Shown here in pieces: positions 50,532 to 60,743 of a stretch of DNA of 64,000 bases. The stretch comes from Pseudomonadota bacterium. GTDB taxonomy: Bacteria; Bdellovibrionota; Bdellovibrionia; Bdellovibrionales; SG-bin7. The notes under the pieces are model-generated. The model was not told the origin of the DNA. It worked only from the letters and a program-made list of their open reading frames with translations, and made no database searches. Location: contig JAWXAY010000094.1 in NCBI GenBank assembly GCA_034439715.1, positions 47,008 through 111,007 on the forward strand, in the 5' to 3' direction. Every line of letters begins with the position of its first letter. The stretch's first letter is position 1. The position numbers and the translations under genes were made by a program.

Positions 50532-53252
50532 TTAATGGCTTTCATTTTTTGGGGCATTTTTTTGGGGCCATAGGGCGCGCCAATCAGTTTGGGGGTGAGC
50601 ATAACCAGAAAGCTGTTCTGCAACGCTTCGACTAATAGATACCTGTTCAAGTGCCGTTTCGGATAATACTTTGCCCACCGCCTCAACGATCGCCAATTCA
50701 TCAATATGGTGGTATTTATAAACATCAGTGGGTCTGCCACATATTGAATGTTTACGAACAGCGAGGGCTTCGTGCCTTGTTCCAACAACTGAACCAATGT
50801 TGTCAAGAAGGCCGGGCTCACCATCGTGTACACTCACAATTGGTACACGTCGACCTGATAGGGTCACAATTTCTCCTGTAGTCATTTTTCCGTTGAGCAT
50901 TGGCTCGAGATATAAATTATTATTAATGTTCAATGTGTTTTTTAAATGAAAATAATCGTTATCATGAGCGAGATTGCCGACGAGTAAATCAGGTGAAGTG
51001 ACCATAATGACGTTGGCATAAATCCCCCGTTTTAATAATTCGTCAGAGGCTTTGATGGCTTCAGTTCCTAGAGTGCCCATTGCAAAAATATTCACAACGT
51101 TATCCCCGGGTTCAAAACCTGTAAAGCCATGATAATCTATTAAATAGTAACCGCCCGCTAAGACATTAGTGCGCAAAGCGGAGAGAATATCTTCGTCACT
51201 TTGTGTTTGAAAACGGTGCTGTTTTTTGAGACGTACCATGAGATCCTTTTGTTCGACACCACGGGTAGTTCCACGAATATGCACGCCACTTCTGCCCTCA
51301 TTGTTAAGATAAATATGACGTTTAAATGCATCAGATAAAATCCAATCAAACTCAATACAATAAAAGGGTTCCCAAACAATCTGATTGGGAATTTGGAAAT
51401 CAGACTTCCAGCCATGCTGCGCGCCTTCAGGAGAAAGGCTGACTCCAGAAGGAGTGCCTATTACAACAAAGCTAGACTTCCAGTAAAGGTTATAAAAAAA
51501 CTGATCAAGCGCTCTTTTGATAAAGAAATCGTAAATAGTCATGAGCGGCCAAAGTGGAATTCCGAGAATGTCTCGCAATTTGCCAAATGAGCCTTGACAC
51601 GAAGTCGTGTTGCTTTCGGTGATATCAAAACGCAAAAATCGATCATTATTGCTTTGATCAGGAATTAAATCGGGAGATTTTGTGTCCTTAACACCTAGCG
51701 GAGCTTCAATGTCGTCAACCACTCGGACTCCAAAAATCTTACCATCCATTGAAGGGTTGAGATTTGTGCTAGTACCCACATCAGGCGCCATCGTCACTAA
51801 TTGTTCTGAGATGAATTTCCAGGATTTTTCGGCATCGGTTTTTAATTCACTGGGTTTTGCGTTAGCGAGCCGGGTAAGTTTAGAGGTGAGCTGACCTAGC
51901 ATCCACTGAGTATGGGGATAGCTTGCCATTTTTAAATTTATTTCAAGTGAGGGCGGTGGTTCAGACTGCTTTTCGAGCTCGCCTTGGGCCGTCTTCAAAT
52001 TATGTTTTTTGATTTCGTTTTGTGCTTGAATTTCTTTATAAAGACTTTCACCACGAGTTTTTAAAAATTTTCCTTCTTCAGTAGTGTCAGAAAAATGTTT
52101 AAAGAGCTCATCTTTGGTTAAACCCTGTTGGGTTTTAAGTTCTTCAATCTCATCATCATCAGGCAGGAGAGAGTGATTACTTTGTAGAGCTGCGCAACGC
52201 AGGCCCCAGCCCTTGATTGTGTGGGCAATAATAAGTGTGGGCTTTTTTGGATTTTTTTTACTTTCTTCGAGTGCTCTCACGATTAGTGCGATATCATGGC
52301 CGCCTAAATCATGAAAGGCAGAATAAAGCTCATCATCAGAAATACCTTCTAAAAACTTCTTAAGGTTGGGGCGAGAATCTAATAAATTCGCGCGAAGTTT
52401 TTTCTTGTCTTTAAGCTGCATATTTACCTGGATTTCAAAATCAGTGGCATCTTCTTCAAAAAACTTCTTAAAGTTTTCACCATCTGTTTTTTTAAACAGG
52501 TTTTCTCTTATGGCACCATGTCTAAGTTGAATGATGTCCCAACCGTTGGCGAGTGCTGTGCGCTCAATACGTTGATCGTCGGTACCATTCATAATTTCTT
52601 TATTCGTCAGGCGATGACCATCAAGGCTTTGGCGATTGTAGTCTAATATCCAAGTGAGATTTCCCAGTTCACGTTCGGCAAAATCGGGCATGGCTTCAAA
52701 AAGAGAGCCTTCGCGAAATTCGGCATCTCCCATTACCGCCCAAAAGTGTGCGCGGGGAACTTTCCAGCCATGTTTTTCCGCGTAGCGGTAGGCCAATGCT
52801 AGATAACCTGCGTTTACAGGTGGTATTCCCACCGTGCCGGAGGGCAAAAATCCATGATGATCGGGGTCATAGGCTGAGTGGTAGGATTGAAAAACATATT
52901 CGCCATTTAAAGAAAAATGTCTTAAACCGTGCATCGCGTGATTCATTTCTTCCAAAGTTAGACGCGAGAGATCCTCATGCAAAAATAAGTTAAGCAAATA
53001 ATTATAAGAATGATCTGTGGGAGAGGCGTGTGGTTTGTTGGCCACAAAATCAAAGCCAGATTTTACTACCAAATGAATGGCACCCATAATGTGTAAGGTG
53101 CTTGCGGATGCTGCTGGGTGGCCTCCAATTTTAGGATCGCCTTTTTCTTTGTCCGCACGGCTATTGGCAATATTTATCATTTGTGTTGCCAAGTAGTGGG
53201 CTCTTAAGGCGATGCTGTCCAAGAGTGGTTTATTGTTTTTTGTTTTCTCCAA
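50532..53252 (-). CDS. aceE: Pyruvate dehydrogenase E1, homodimeric AceE-like
   Basis: GGHPAAS, TPP motif GDAE...DYNRQSLDG, HTIKG, PEGAQH; TTG start with AGGAG RBS. Confidence 0.88.
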   Translation of the reverse strand: MEKTKNNKPLLDSIALRAHYLATQMINIANSRADKEKGDPKIGGHPAASASTLHIMGAIHLVVKSGFDFVANKPHASPTDHSYNYLLNLFLHEDLSRLTLEEMNHAMHGLRHFSLNGEYVFQSYHSAYDPDHHGFLPSGTVGIPPVNAGYLALAYRYAEKHGWKVPRAHFWAVMGDAEFREGSLFEAMPDFAERELGNLTWILDYNRQSLDGHRLTNKEIMNGTDDQRIERTALANGWDIIQLRHGAIRENLFKKTDGENFKKFFEEDATDFEIQVNMQLKDKKKLRANLLDSRPNLKKFLEGISDDELYSAFHDLGGHDIALIVRALEESKKNPKKPTLIIAHTIKGWGLRCAALQSNHSLLPDDDEIEELKTQQGLTKDELFKHFSDTTEEGKFLKTRGESLYKEIQAQNEIKKHNLKTAQGELEKQSEPPPSLEINLKMASYPHTQWMLGQLTSKLTRLANAKPSELKTDAEKSWKFISEQLVTMAPDVGTSTNLNPSMDGKIFGVRVVDDIEAPLGVKDTKSPDLIPDQSNNDRFLRFDITESNTTSCQGSFGKLRDILGIPLWPLMTIYDFFIKRALDQFFYNLYWKSSFVVIGTPSGVSLSPEGAQHGWKSDFQIPNQIVWEPFYCIEFDWILSDAFKRHIYLNNEGRSGVHIRGTTRGVEQKDLMVRLKKQHRFQTQSDEDILSALRTNVLAGGYYLIDYHGFTGFEPGDNVVNIFAMGTLGTEAIKASDELLKRGIYANVIMVTSPDLLVGNLAHDNDYFHLKNTLNINNNLYLEPMLNGKMTTGEIVTLSGRRVPIVSVHDGEPGLLDNIGSVVGTRHEALAVRKHSICGRPTDVYKYHHIDELAIVEAVGKVLSETALEQVSISRSVAEQLSGYAHPQTDWRALWPQKNAPKNESH

Positions 53253-53432
53253 GACAACTCCTATCTCAGCTTAGTATCGGAAAAATAGGCCCTATTATTA
53301 ATACAATTTACAGGACTTTGGACCACTTGATTCTGAGAGTCAAAAAAATAGATTTGTTAAAAACTGCTGCTTAGTTTGTTTGTAGGGCCCCCAAACTAAG
53401 AAATTGACAGCTGTATGGCAGATTAAGCATGT

Positions 53433-54662
53433 TTGAGGCTAGTGAAAAAAAAATCTCTGACTTTACATATATCGATAGCGATTGGATTGGGATGTTTGGC
53501 GGGACTGTGGCTGGGTCCCCAGGCCCAAGTTCTTGGTCAATTTGGTAAACTATTTATTGAGGCTATTAAAACCATTGCTGCGCCCTTAATATTTTTTGCT
53601 ATTATGGATTCCATTCTCACGTCCACCATTCGCTGGCAACACGCACGTTACCTGGTAATGGTTATTACAATAAATACTTTTTTTGCCGCCACAATTGGAT
53701 TGGTGATTTCCAACGTGTTTAAACCGGGTTTTTATCTCAAGCTTGACGCTCTCAATACTCAAGGCGCTGATCTTGGGAAGTTTAAAGGATTAGAAAAAAT
53801 AGACATCATAAAAACGTTTGTAGATTATGTGCCGACAAATTTTGTAGATCCCTTTAGACAGAATATTGTGATTTCGGTTGTTTTAATGGCAGTTTTGTTT
53901 GGCTTTGGGTTAAAAGCGGCTCAAGGGCGGCATCCCGATCTTCGGCAATCGTTTGAGGTTGTTGAAAAATTAGTGGCGGCCTCGTTAAAGATATTTGAAG
54001 TCATTTTGGGATGGATTATTAAATTAATTCCGTTCGCCATTTTTGGCGTCATCGCTAAAACTGTTGGTGAGCACGGTTTTGAGCCGTTCCGTGGATTGGC
54101 AGTATACTTATTGGCGGGGTTAACCGGATTAGTTTTACATGTGATATTGATTTATCAAATTTGGATAAAGTTTATCGCTCGTATCCCGCTAGCTCATTTT
54201 TGGAACAAAGCCAAAGAACCAGTTTTACATGCCATCGGCTGCAATAGTAGTTTAGCCACGCTTCCGTTGACCTTGAAATCGTTGGATCAGCTCGGAGTAT
54301 CTAAGACTTCAGCTCGGCTGGGGGCCTGCTTAAGCACGAATTTTAACAATGATGGAATTCTTTTATACGAAGCTATGGCTGTATTATTTGTGGCGCAAGC
54401 TTATGGCATCGATTTAAGTATGGGGCAGCAAGTGGTGGCGATGCTATTTGCTATCATTTCAGCCATTGGCATAACAGGAGTGCCCGAGGCCGGTGTGGTT
54501 TCGCTTTCGCTGGTATTGATTACAGTGGGATTACCCTTAGAAATACTTCCGATTCTACTGACGGTAGATTGGGTGATTGCTCGTGGCCGGTCTGTAGTCA
54601 ACGTGCTCAGTGATATGGTGGTCTCGATTGTTGTGGATAAAATGGTAAATCGTGAAAGTTGA
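53433..54662 (+). CDS. Dicarboxylate/amino acid:cation symporter (DAACS)
   Basis: NSSLATLP, NFNNDG, GITGVP, RSVVNVLSD. Confidence 0.92.
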   Translation: MRLVKKKSLTLHISIAIGLGCLAGLWLGPQAQVLGQFGKLFIEAIKTIAAPLIFFAIMDSILTSTIRWQHARYLVMVITINTFFAATIGLVISNVFKPGFYLKLDALNTQGADLGKFKGLEKIDIIKTFVDYVPTNFVDPFRQNIVISVVLMAVLFGFGLKAAQGRHPDLRQSFEVVEKLVAASLKIFEVILGWIIKLIPFAIFGVIAKTVGEHGFEPFRGLAVYLLAGLTGLVLHVILIYQIWIKFIARIPLAHFWNKAKEPVLHAIGCNSSLATLPLTLKSLDQLGVSKTSARLGACLSTNFNNDGILLYEAMAVLFVAQAYGIDLSMGQQVVAMLFAIISAIGITGVPEAGVVSLSLVLITVGLPLEILPILLTVDWVIARGRSVVNVLSDMVVSIVVDKMVNRES

Positions 54663-54666
54663 TTTC

Positions 54667-55332
54667 TCAAAAAACGAGATTGGTTTCAATCCAGTTTAAA
54701 AGCGCCGTCTGCTCGGGCAAGCGGTTTTTGTGTTGACGAAAGTCAACGTATAGGTCTTTTACGTCTTCAAATGTATCGGTATCCAAAAGCTTTTCGAGAG
54801 TTGTTATATTGGCAGGAGCTAAAGCCATCGTTAAGTCTCTACCAGTAGTATTAGTGCTATAGGAAATGCCTGTCCAAACTGAAGGTAGAATTTCTTGGTT
54901 GCCACCAAAAAGATAAAATCCACCGTCAAAGCTTGGTCCCATTACAAATCCTTCGCTAGATTTTCGGCAACCTAGATCTAGAATTTCTGGCGTCAATTGG
55001 GGCGAGTCCGCTCCAATCACTACACAGGATTTATGGTGCGCCAAGATCCAATCATACACGTGTGAAAGCCTCTCCCCTAAGTCACCTTCGCCTTGATAGA
55101 TTTTTGGAAACTGGGTCCAAAGTCCGTGATCCATTGCCGAGTTTTCGGCCACGGCCCAATAGGGTTGGACACTTGGCAGCGCACCAACCAGAGATTCAAC
55201 AATAGCGGCTACAGTTTTTGTTGCTAAAATATAATAGGCCTCGGCCTTTTCATGACCTATAGATTTTGCTAAGCGAGTTTTTACGGGTGAAAGACCTGGC
55301 GTCTTAACAAAAATCGCGAGACCGATATTCAA
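54667..55332 (-). CDS. TIGR04282/DUF2064 family arsenosugar-associated glycosyltransferase-like protein
   Basis: FVKTPG..VKTRLA, QGEGDLGERL, IGADSP, GPSFDGGFYL, DTDT. Confidence 0.88.
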   Translation of the reverse strand: MNIGLAIFVKTPGLSPVKTRLAKSIGHEKAEAYYILATKTVAAIVESLVGALPSVQPYWAVAENSAMDHGLWTQFPKIYQGEGDLGERLSHVYDWILAHHKSCVVIGADSPQLTPEILDLGCRKSSEGFVMGPSFDGGFYLFGGNQEILPSVWTGISYSTNTTGRDLTMALAPANITTLEKLLDTDTFEDVKDLYVDFRQHKNRLPEQTALLNWIETNLVF

Positions 55333-56006
55333 GCCATTACTCTAGTGCGTAGCAGTTTAAAAAAATTGGGCACGGCCTGTTTAGCTCCCAATTGGAGGTG
55401 CTTCAAAGTTTGTCTGCTCCAGCCATTTTGCTGGTATTTTCGAGCACTCGTTCGAATCCAAGAACCTGTACAGCGCACCGGAATATTTGCTAAGTGCGCC
55501 TGCCAAATAAAATCGTGGTCTTCGCCATAGGGGAGGTTTTCTCTAAAGCCGCCGAGCCGACTGAAAACGCCCCTTCTCACGCAAAATCCTTGATCACCGT
55601 AGGGAAGTTTCAAAAAATGACTTCTGAACCAGACTCCCAGTGAATTGATAAACATCAAACTAGGGCCATCTTGAGAAAAAGCCAAATTAAAATAATATAT
55701 GGCGCTTGGATTTACATGAAACGCGTACTCTAAATTATCTAATGCATCTATTGGAAGTTGAGAGTCACTGTGCAAAAACCACAGGTATTTTTTGTTGGTG
55801 GCGCCAGCACCTATGTTCAGCTGATGGCCACGGCCTAGCTTTGAAGTAACCCACTTTATTCGAGGCGGCAGTTTTTCTGTGGGCGCCCTGGGTCCCACAA
55901 AAATTATCTCAACCTCTTTAGGAAAGATGCTGAAGTCCGTAATCAAATGCATCCAAGCATTATCACCTGGTGCTATTGGAATAATAACAGCGAGGTCTTT
56001 CACCAT
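55329..56006 (-). CDS. TIGR04283-like GT2 glycosyltransferase (arsenosugar-associated)
   Basis: GRGHQLNIGA, FLHSD, LPYGDQG, GGF...ED, TSARKY; start at ATG 56006. Confidence 0.88.
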   Translation of the reverse strand: MVKDLAVIIPIAPGDNAWMHLITDFSIFPKEVEIIFVGPRAPTEKLPPRIKWVTSKLGRGHQLNIGAGATNKKYLWFLHSDSQLPIDALDNLEYAFHVNPSAIYYFNLAFSQDGPSLMFINSLGVWFRSHFLKLPYGDQGFCVRRGVFSRLGGFRENLPYGEDHDFIWQAHLANIPVRCTGSWIRTSARKYQQNGWSRQTLKHLQLGAKQAVPNFFKLLRTRVMA

Positions 56007-56014
56007 TGATTGAT

Positions 56015-57052
56015 TTAGCAACAGGCACCAACCGGGGCGGTGGAGCTGGTTTCCGGTGCGCAATCAAAAAGGCCGAAGTGACTTTTGGTGTCGCCGGTAA
56101 CTTCGAAGTGTTTGCCATAGCGAGAATTCGTTAGCATGGCTGCTGTGTTACTGCATACCAAAAGGGGTCTACCTTTTTCAAACGCATGGTGGTCATCGAG
56201 CACAAACACATTTGGAGCCTCGGGGATAGTTCCTTTGTAGTACGCCACTTGGCCAAAATCTTCGCAGCGATCTTCAAGGTCTAACTTAAAAGCACGAATG
56301 GTCAAAGAATAAAAACGTATTTTACCCACTTGCAGTTCGAGCTCTGGTGAATTTAAAGTGACCAAACTGGTTTTAACGACTCGGTAGTCAAGGCATCCTA
56401 GGGATAAAAAGAGTCTGCGAAAGTCCTCGATGTACATGGCGCCCCCCAGGCATTCGCCAACAAGTACAGAATCATTTTTGAGATTCTCAGGAATTCTTCG
56501 GTCAGAAAAAATATCAGAAAAATAAAGTTCTCCGCCAGGCTTTAAAATACGAAAAATTTCTGAAAATACTCGTTTTTTATTTGGGGACAGATTAATGACA
56601 CAGTTTGAAGTCACCACATCAACAGAATTGGATTTTATGCCAATGGTTTCTAAATCTTCAATGAAACCCTTTAAAAAAGTTACATTTGATTTGTTAAAGC
56701 CAAATTGTTTGCGATGGTGATCCTGATGTCGGAGCGCCACGCTTATTTGTTCGTCAGTCATGTCGACACCGATGACCTGGCCTTCGGCGCCAACAAGTTT
56801 TGACATGATAAAGCTGTCTCGTCCAGAGCCACATCCTAAATCCAAAACTGTTTTACCGGCTAGCTCCAGAGGAATCGGGGAGCCACAGCCGTAAAACTTT
56901 TCTAAAACTTCGCTGTGAATTTCCTTAATAATTGGTTTGATAAAATTCGGCAGTGAATCACTTGTGCAACAAGCATTTGTTTTGAGATCTTGATTTGTTT
57001 TTAGGACTTTGCCGTAATAGTCCATTACAGATTCTCTGGTTTCTAGATCCAT
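56015..57052 (-). CDS. arsM: Arsenite methyltransferase (AS3MT/ArsM-like)
   Basis: DLKTNACC, FYGCGSP, LDLGCGSGRD, SNCVINL, GECLGGA, C-terminal CC; start at ATG 57052. Confidence 0.88.
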   Translation of the reverse strand: MDLETRESVMDYYGKVLKTNQDLKTNACCTSDSLPNFIKPIIKEIHSEVLEKFYGCGSPIPLELAGKTVLDLGCGSGRDSFIMSKLVGAEGQVIGVDMTDEQISVALRHQDHHRKQFGFNKSNVTFLKGFIEDLETIGIKSNSVDVVTSNCVINLSPNKKRVFSEIFRILKPGGELYFSDIFSDRRIPENLKNDSVLVGECLGGAMYIEDFRRLFLSLGCLDYRVVKTSLVTLNSPELELQVGKIRFYSLTIRAFKLDLEDRCEDFGQVAYYKGTIPEAPNVFVLDDHHAFEKGRPLLVCSNTAAMLTNSRYGKHFEVTGDTKSHFGLFDCAPETSSTAPVGACC

Positions 57053-57063
57053 GGTGCCTCCAA

Positions 57064-58029
57064 TTACGCTAGTGCTCCTGTGCACGAGCTGCCCGCACCA
57101 GCGGTACAACCATAGCAATGGTTGCCTACTGCAATCGGGCGGTTAACTAAATCATCTAATTTTTTAATATCCCAAATTGTCTGAGTTTTTTCTGCTAAAG
57201 ATATATCTAACATTTGATTAAAATCACAGTCGAACAACTGTCCGTCATATCCGATTGAAATAAGGGTGCGACACATAATATCTTTGGCCGCAGTCGGATT
57301 AAAATTTTCAAATAAAAGATTCATATAGTGATCGAGCTTGTTACTCCTCACAAGGTCAGAGCGAAATCTTTTAATCGGCATATTTGTAATTGTGAAAAGA
57401 TAATTAAACTCGATATTAAATAATTCTTTGAGTTCTTTTTTGTAAAGGGCCTCAAGATTTACTTGAGCCGGTGGCAAAAAAGCGCCAAGAGGGTTATAAA
57501 CGAGGTCAAGCTTTAGGCCAGAGTCTTTTTTTCCGTAGCCTAATGTATTCAGTATCCTGAGGCCTTCGATACTCTTATCAAAGGTTCCACGGCCACGTTG
57601 TTTTTCTACATTTTCTTTAGAGTAACATGGCAGTGAGGCTACTACCCAAACTTGATTCTGAGCTAAAAACTCAGCCGTTTTTTCTTGGCCAGCTTCAAAG
57701 AGGACAGTGAGGTTACAGCGGTCGATCACTTGTTTGCCCAGTTTACGAATTTCACTAACAAAATAAGTAAAATTGGGATTGAGTTCTGGGGCGCCGCCGG
57801 TGATATCCACTGTTTTAACGCTCAAATTTTGCGTGAGGAGTTCCAGGAGGCGATCAATGGTTTTTCGTTCCATATTTTCGGTACGAGTTGGGCCGGCTTC
57901 AACATGGCAGTGTAGACAAGCTTGATTGCAAAGTTTGCCGATATTTACTTGAAGAGTCTCCAAACTTGAGCGACGAAGAATTAATTTGTGCTTGGCTGCC
58001 GTTCGAGCAAATGATTCAACTTCTGTCAT
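57064..58029 (-). CDS. arsS: Arsenosugar biosynthesis radical SAM protein ArsS
   Basis: LQVNIGKLCNQACLHCHV, DITGGAPE, DCDFNQ, HCYGCTAGAGSSC. Confidence 0.92.
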   Translation of the reverse strand: MTEVESFARTAAKHKLILRRSSLETLQVNIGKLCNQACLHCHVEAGPTRTENMERKTIDRLLELLTQNLSVKTVDITGGAPELNPNFTYFVSEIRKLGKQVIDRCNLTVLFEAGQEKTAEFLAQNQVWVVASLPCYSKENVEKQRGRGTFDKSIEGLRILNTLGYGKKDSGLKLDLVYNPLGAFLPPAQVNLEALYKKELKELFNIEFNYLFTITNMPIKRFRSDLVRSNKLDHYMNLLFENFNPTAAKDIMCRTLISIGYDGQLFDCDFNQMLDISLAEKTQTIWDIKKLDDLVNRPIAVGNHCYGCTAGAGSSCTGALA

Positions 58030-58129
58030 GCAGAAATTACAGCCCTTTGTTCAAAAGGGGTCAAGGAATTTGACTCAGATTGAAAGCAGCTATATTGCAA
58101 ATCCACAAAATCAGACTTATAAGAGGGCA

Positions 58130-59857
58130 ATGGCCAATTTACGTTCCAAACAGGACTTTGAAAATACAATTGATGTGGCTCGTGGCCTTAAACCAGCCGA
58201 CCTCGTATTACGTGGGGCCAAGTATCTCAATGTATTTTCAGGTGAATGGTTAGACGGAGATATTGCCATATTCAGAGGCAAAATCGTGGGGGTCGGAGAA
58301 AAATATGAGGCCTCAAAAGTCATGAATCTTAAGGGTAGGTATGTTGTCCCCGGATTTATTGATTCACATTTACACATTGAGAGCACTTGTATGGTGCCCG
58401 ATCAATTTCAAAAAATGGTTTTACCGAGGGGCACGACAGGCGCCATTGTTGACCCCCATGAAATCGCCAATGTGCTCGGTGAAAAGGGGTTGCAATATAT
58501 TCTAGACTGCGCCGCCAGTAGCACGATGGACTTGTATATCATGCTTTCTAGTTGTGTGCCGGCGACATCGCATCTAGAAACTTCGGGCGCAAAACTTTCA
58601 GCCAGAGATCTTTTAAAATTCAAAAATCATCCAAATGTGTTGGGGCTTGCGGAGTTAATGAATTTTCGGGGACTCCTTAACAAAGACCCTGAAGTAATAG
58701 AAAAAGTCATGGCGTTTCAGGATCGAATAATTGACGGCCATTCGCCAATGCTTCAGGGCAAGGATCTCAATGCTTATCTTTCCTGTGGAATCCATAGTTG
58801 CCACGAAAGTGTTACCTTAGAAGAGGCCAGAGAAAAACTGCAGAAAGGCATGCAGGTCTTACTTCGCGAGGGAAGTGTGGCTAAGAATGTGCGGGAGTTA
58901 TGTAAAATTCTTGATGCCTATTCTAGTCCCAAGGTGTCCTTGTGCACGGATGATAGAAACCCCGTCGATATTCAAGACGAAGGACATATCGATTTTTTAA
59001 TTCGTACGGTGATAAAAAAAGGCATTGAGCCAGAAGTGGCTTATCGCTCGGCGTCTTGGTCAACAGCCACTAGTTATGGAATAAAAAATAAAGGGGCGAT
59101 TGCGCCAGGTTTTGATGCCGATCTTGTCGTTCTGAAAGACTATAAAAAAGTCGTAATTGAAAGTGTTTTCAAATTTGGACGCCAGATTAAATCAGAACTT
59201 GATGTGTCTGATATCGACGTCACTCCTCCTCGAGAGAACTCTATTCGCTATGAGTTGCCGCAACAGATAGATCTTAAAATATCAGATGATAGTGGCAAAT
59301 TTCGAGTCATTGAAGTCATTCCTAACCAAATTATTACCAATTCTTTGGAAATTAACATGGGTGTAATAGATAACGAAATTAAGGTCGATCTTAAAAAAGA
59401 TATCTTAAAAATTTCTGTACTCGAGAGACATGGTCACAATAAACCCATGGTAAATGCGTTTGTAAAAGGGTTTGGATTAAACTCAGGCGCTTTTGGTGCG
59501 AGTGTTGCTCATGACTCTCATAATGTTGTGGTGGTTGGAACTAACGACCAAGATATGCTTGAGTGTTTTAAATGGATGAAAACCAACGGCGGTGGTTTTG
59601 TAGCCATTAATAATGGAAAAGTTGAGGGTTCGCTGGCGCTGCCAATTGCAGGGTTGATGACAGAGCAGCCCTACCGAGTTGTCTATAAACATCTAAAAGC
59701 GCTCCGCAAGGCCTCTAAAAGATTAGGATGCAAATTGGAAGAGCCTTTTTTACAGCTGGCGTTTTTATGTTTGCCGGTCATTCCTTCTCTAAAAATTACT
59801 GATCTTGGCTTAGTTGATGTAAATAGATTTAAGTTGGTGGAGCTCAGAATTAGTTAA
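58130..59857 (+). CDS. ade: Adenine deaminase
   Basis: PGFIDSHLHIES, DPHEIAN, IDGH, CTDD, AHDSHN; start at ATG 58130. Confidence 0.95.
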   Translation: MANLRSKQDFENTIDVARGLKPADLVLRGAKYLNVFSGEWLDGDIAIFRGKIVGVGEKYEASKVMNLKGRYVVPGFIDSHLHIESTCMVPDQFQKMVLPRGTTGAIVDPHEIANVLGEKGLQYILDCAASSTMDLYIMLSSCVPATSHLETSGAKLSARDLLKFKNHPNVLGLAELMNFRGLLNKDPEVIEKVMAFQDRIIDGHSPMLQGKDLNAYLSCGIHSCHESVTLEEAREKLQKGMQVLLREGSVAKNVRELCKILDAYSSPKVSLCTDDRNPVDIQDEGHIDFLIRTVIKKGIEPEVAYRSASWSTATSYGIKNKGAIAPGFDADLVVLKDYKKVVIESVFKFGRQIKSELDVSDIDVTPPRENSIRYELPQQIDLKISDDSGKFRVIEVIPNQIITNSLEINMGVIDNEIKVDLKKDILKISVLERHGHNKPMVNAFVKGFGLNSGAFGASVAHDSHNVVVVGTNDQDMLECFKWMKTNGGGFVAINNGKVEGSLALPIAGLMTEQPYRVVYKHLKALRKASKRLGCKLEEPFLQLAFLCLPVIPSLKITDLGLVDVNRFKLVELRIS

Positions 59858-60648
59858 ACTTCTAACACAAAATCCCAACGAATTTTTATAGTGCCGTCGC
59901 GATCGGCAATTCCCTTGGGGGGATTTGGGAATGGCGCGGCTGCGCGAAAGGCTTCAACGGCAGCATCGTCGAGATCTTTAACTCCTGATTGCTCTAAAAC
60001 TTGTACTTTGATTAGTATGCCTCTGGCATCTAAAGTAATAATAATTTTGGTGATTTTGTCTCCAGTGGCGGCAATGTTTCGCCCCTGAGTAAATAACCTC
60101 ATCACTTTTTCTTTTATCTTAGGTTCCCAGTATTGTGAGAGTTGATTTTTTATTCGTTGATAATAAGTGTAGTAAATAAATTCACGTGTCGAAAGTAGTG
60201 TTTCTTCGCCTTCGTTGATATTTTCTAGATAGTCATCAGTAGCTGCGGGAGCGCGAGGAGAATTATTTTTTTGTGAAATTTTGTGCCAGTCGTAATCAGG
60301 AGTGAGGCTAATGAGCTTAGGTTGTTGTTGAGAGGCTTGGCTTGCTCGTTCATTTCTGAATTTTCCGTGGTTTTGAGCCTTTGTTTCTTTGATCACACGT
60401 TGATTGTGTAAACTCATAAATTTGGCATTATCGGGAGTTTCGTCATTAACCGCTTCTTCGCTTTGCTCTACGATTTGACGTTTTTCAGGATCTTCAAATT
60501 TTTTGATAATTTCTTGAGGAGTTAAATACTCGACCGTGACTGTATTTTGGGCCAGTCGGGTTTTGGTCTGAGTAAAATGGACAATGGTCAGAAAACCAAG
60601 GTGAAATAAGATAGAAAATACTATAAACGCGCTAATTCTTTTCAGCAT
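59854..60648 (-). CDS. TonB/TolA C-terminal domain membrane-anchored protein
   Basis: SILFH TM anchor; SGVKDLDDAAVEAFRAAAPFPNPP. Confidence 0.85.
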   Translation of the reverse strand: MLKRISAFIVFSILFHLGFLTIVHFTQTKTRLAQNTVTVEYLTPQEIIKKFEDPEKRQIVEQSEEAVNDETPDNAKFMSLHNQRVIKETKAQNHGKFRNERASQASQQQPKLISLTPDYDWHKISQKNNSPRAPAATDDYLENINEGEETLLSTREFIYYTYYQRIKNQLSQYWEPKIKEKVMRLFTQGRNIAATGDKITKIIITLDARGILIKVQVLEQSGVKDLDDAAVEAFRAAAPFPNPPKGIADRDGTIKIRWDFVLEV

Positions 60649-60743
60649 AATTTATTTCCCTGGGCTCTAAATACCTATCGGAGAAAAGTCTTTAACAATT
60701 AACTCTGTCACTGGTAGAATTATTAAATAATGGGTGTATCAAT

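Noticed and set aside
57986..58129. Extended N-terminus of adenine deaminase
   Set aside because: Overlaps arsS head-to-head; ATG 58130 has a GAGG RBS
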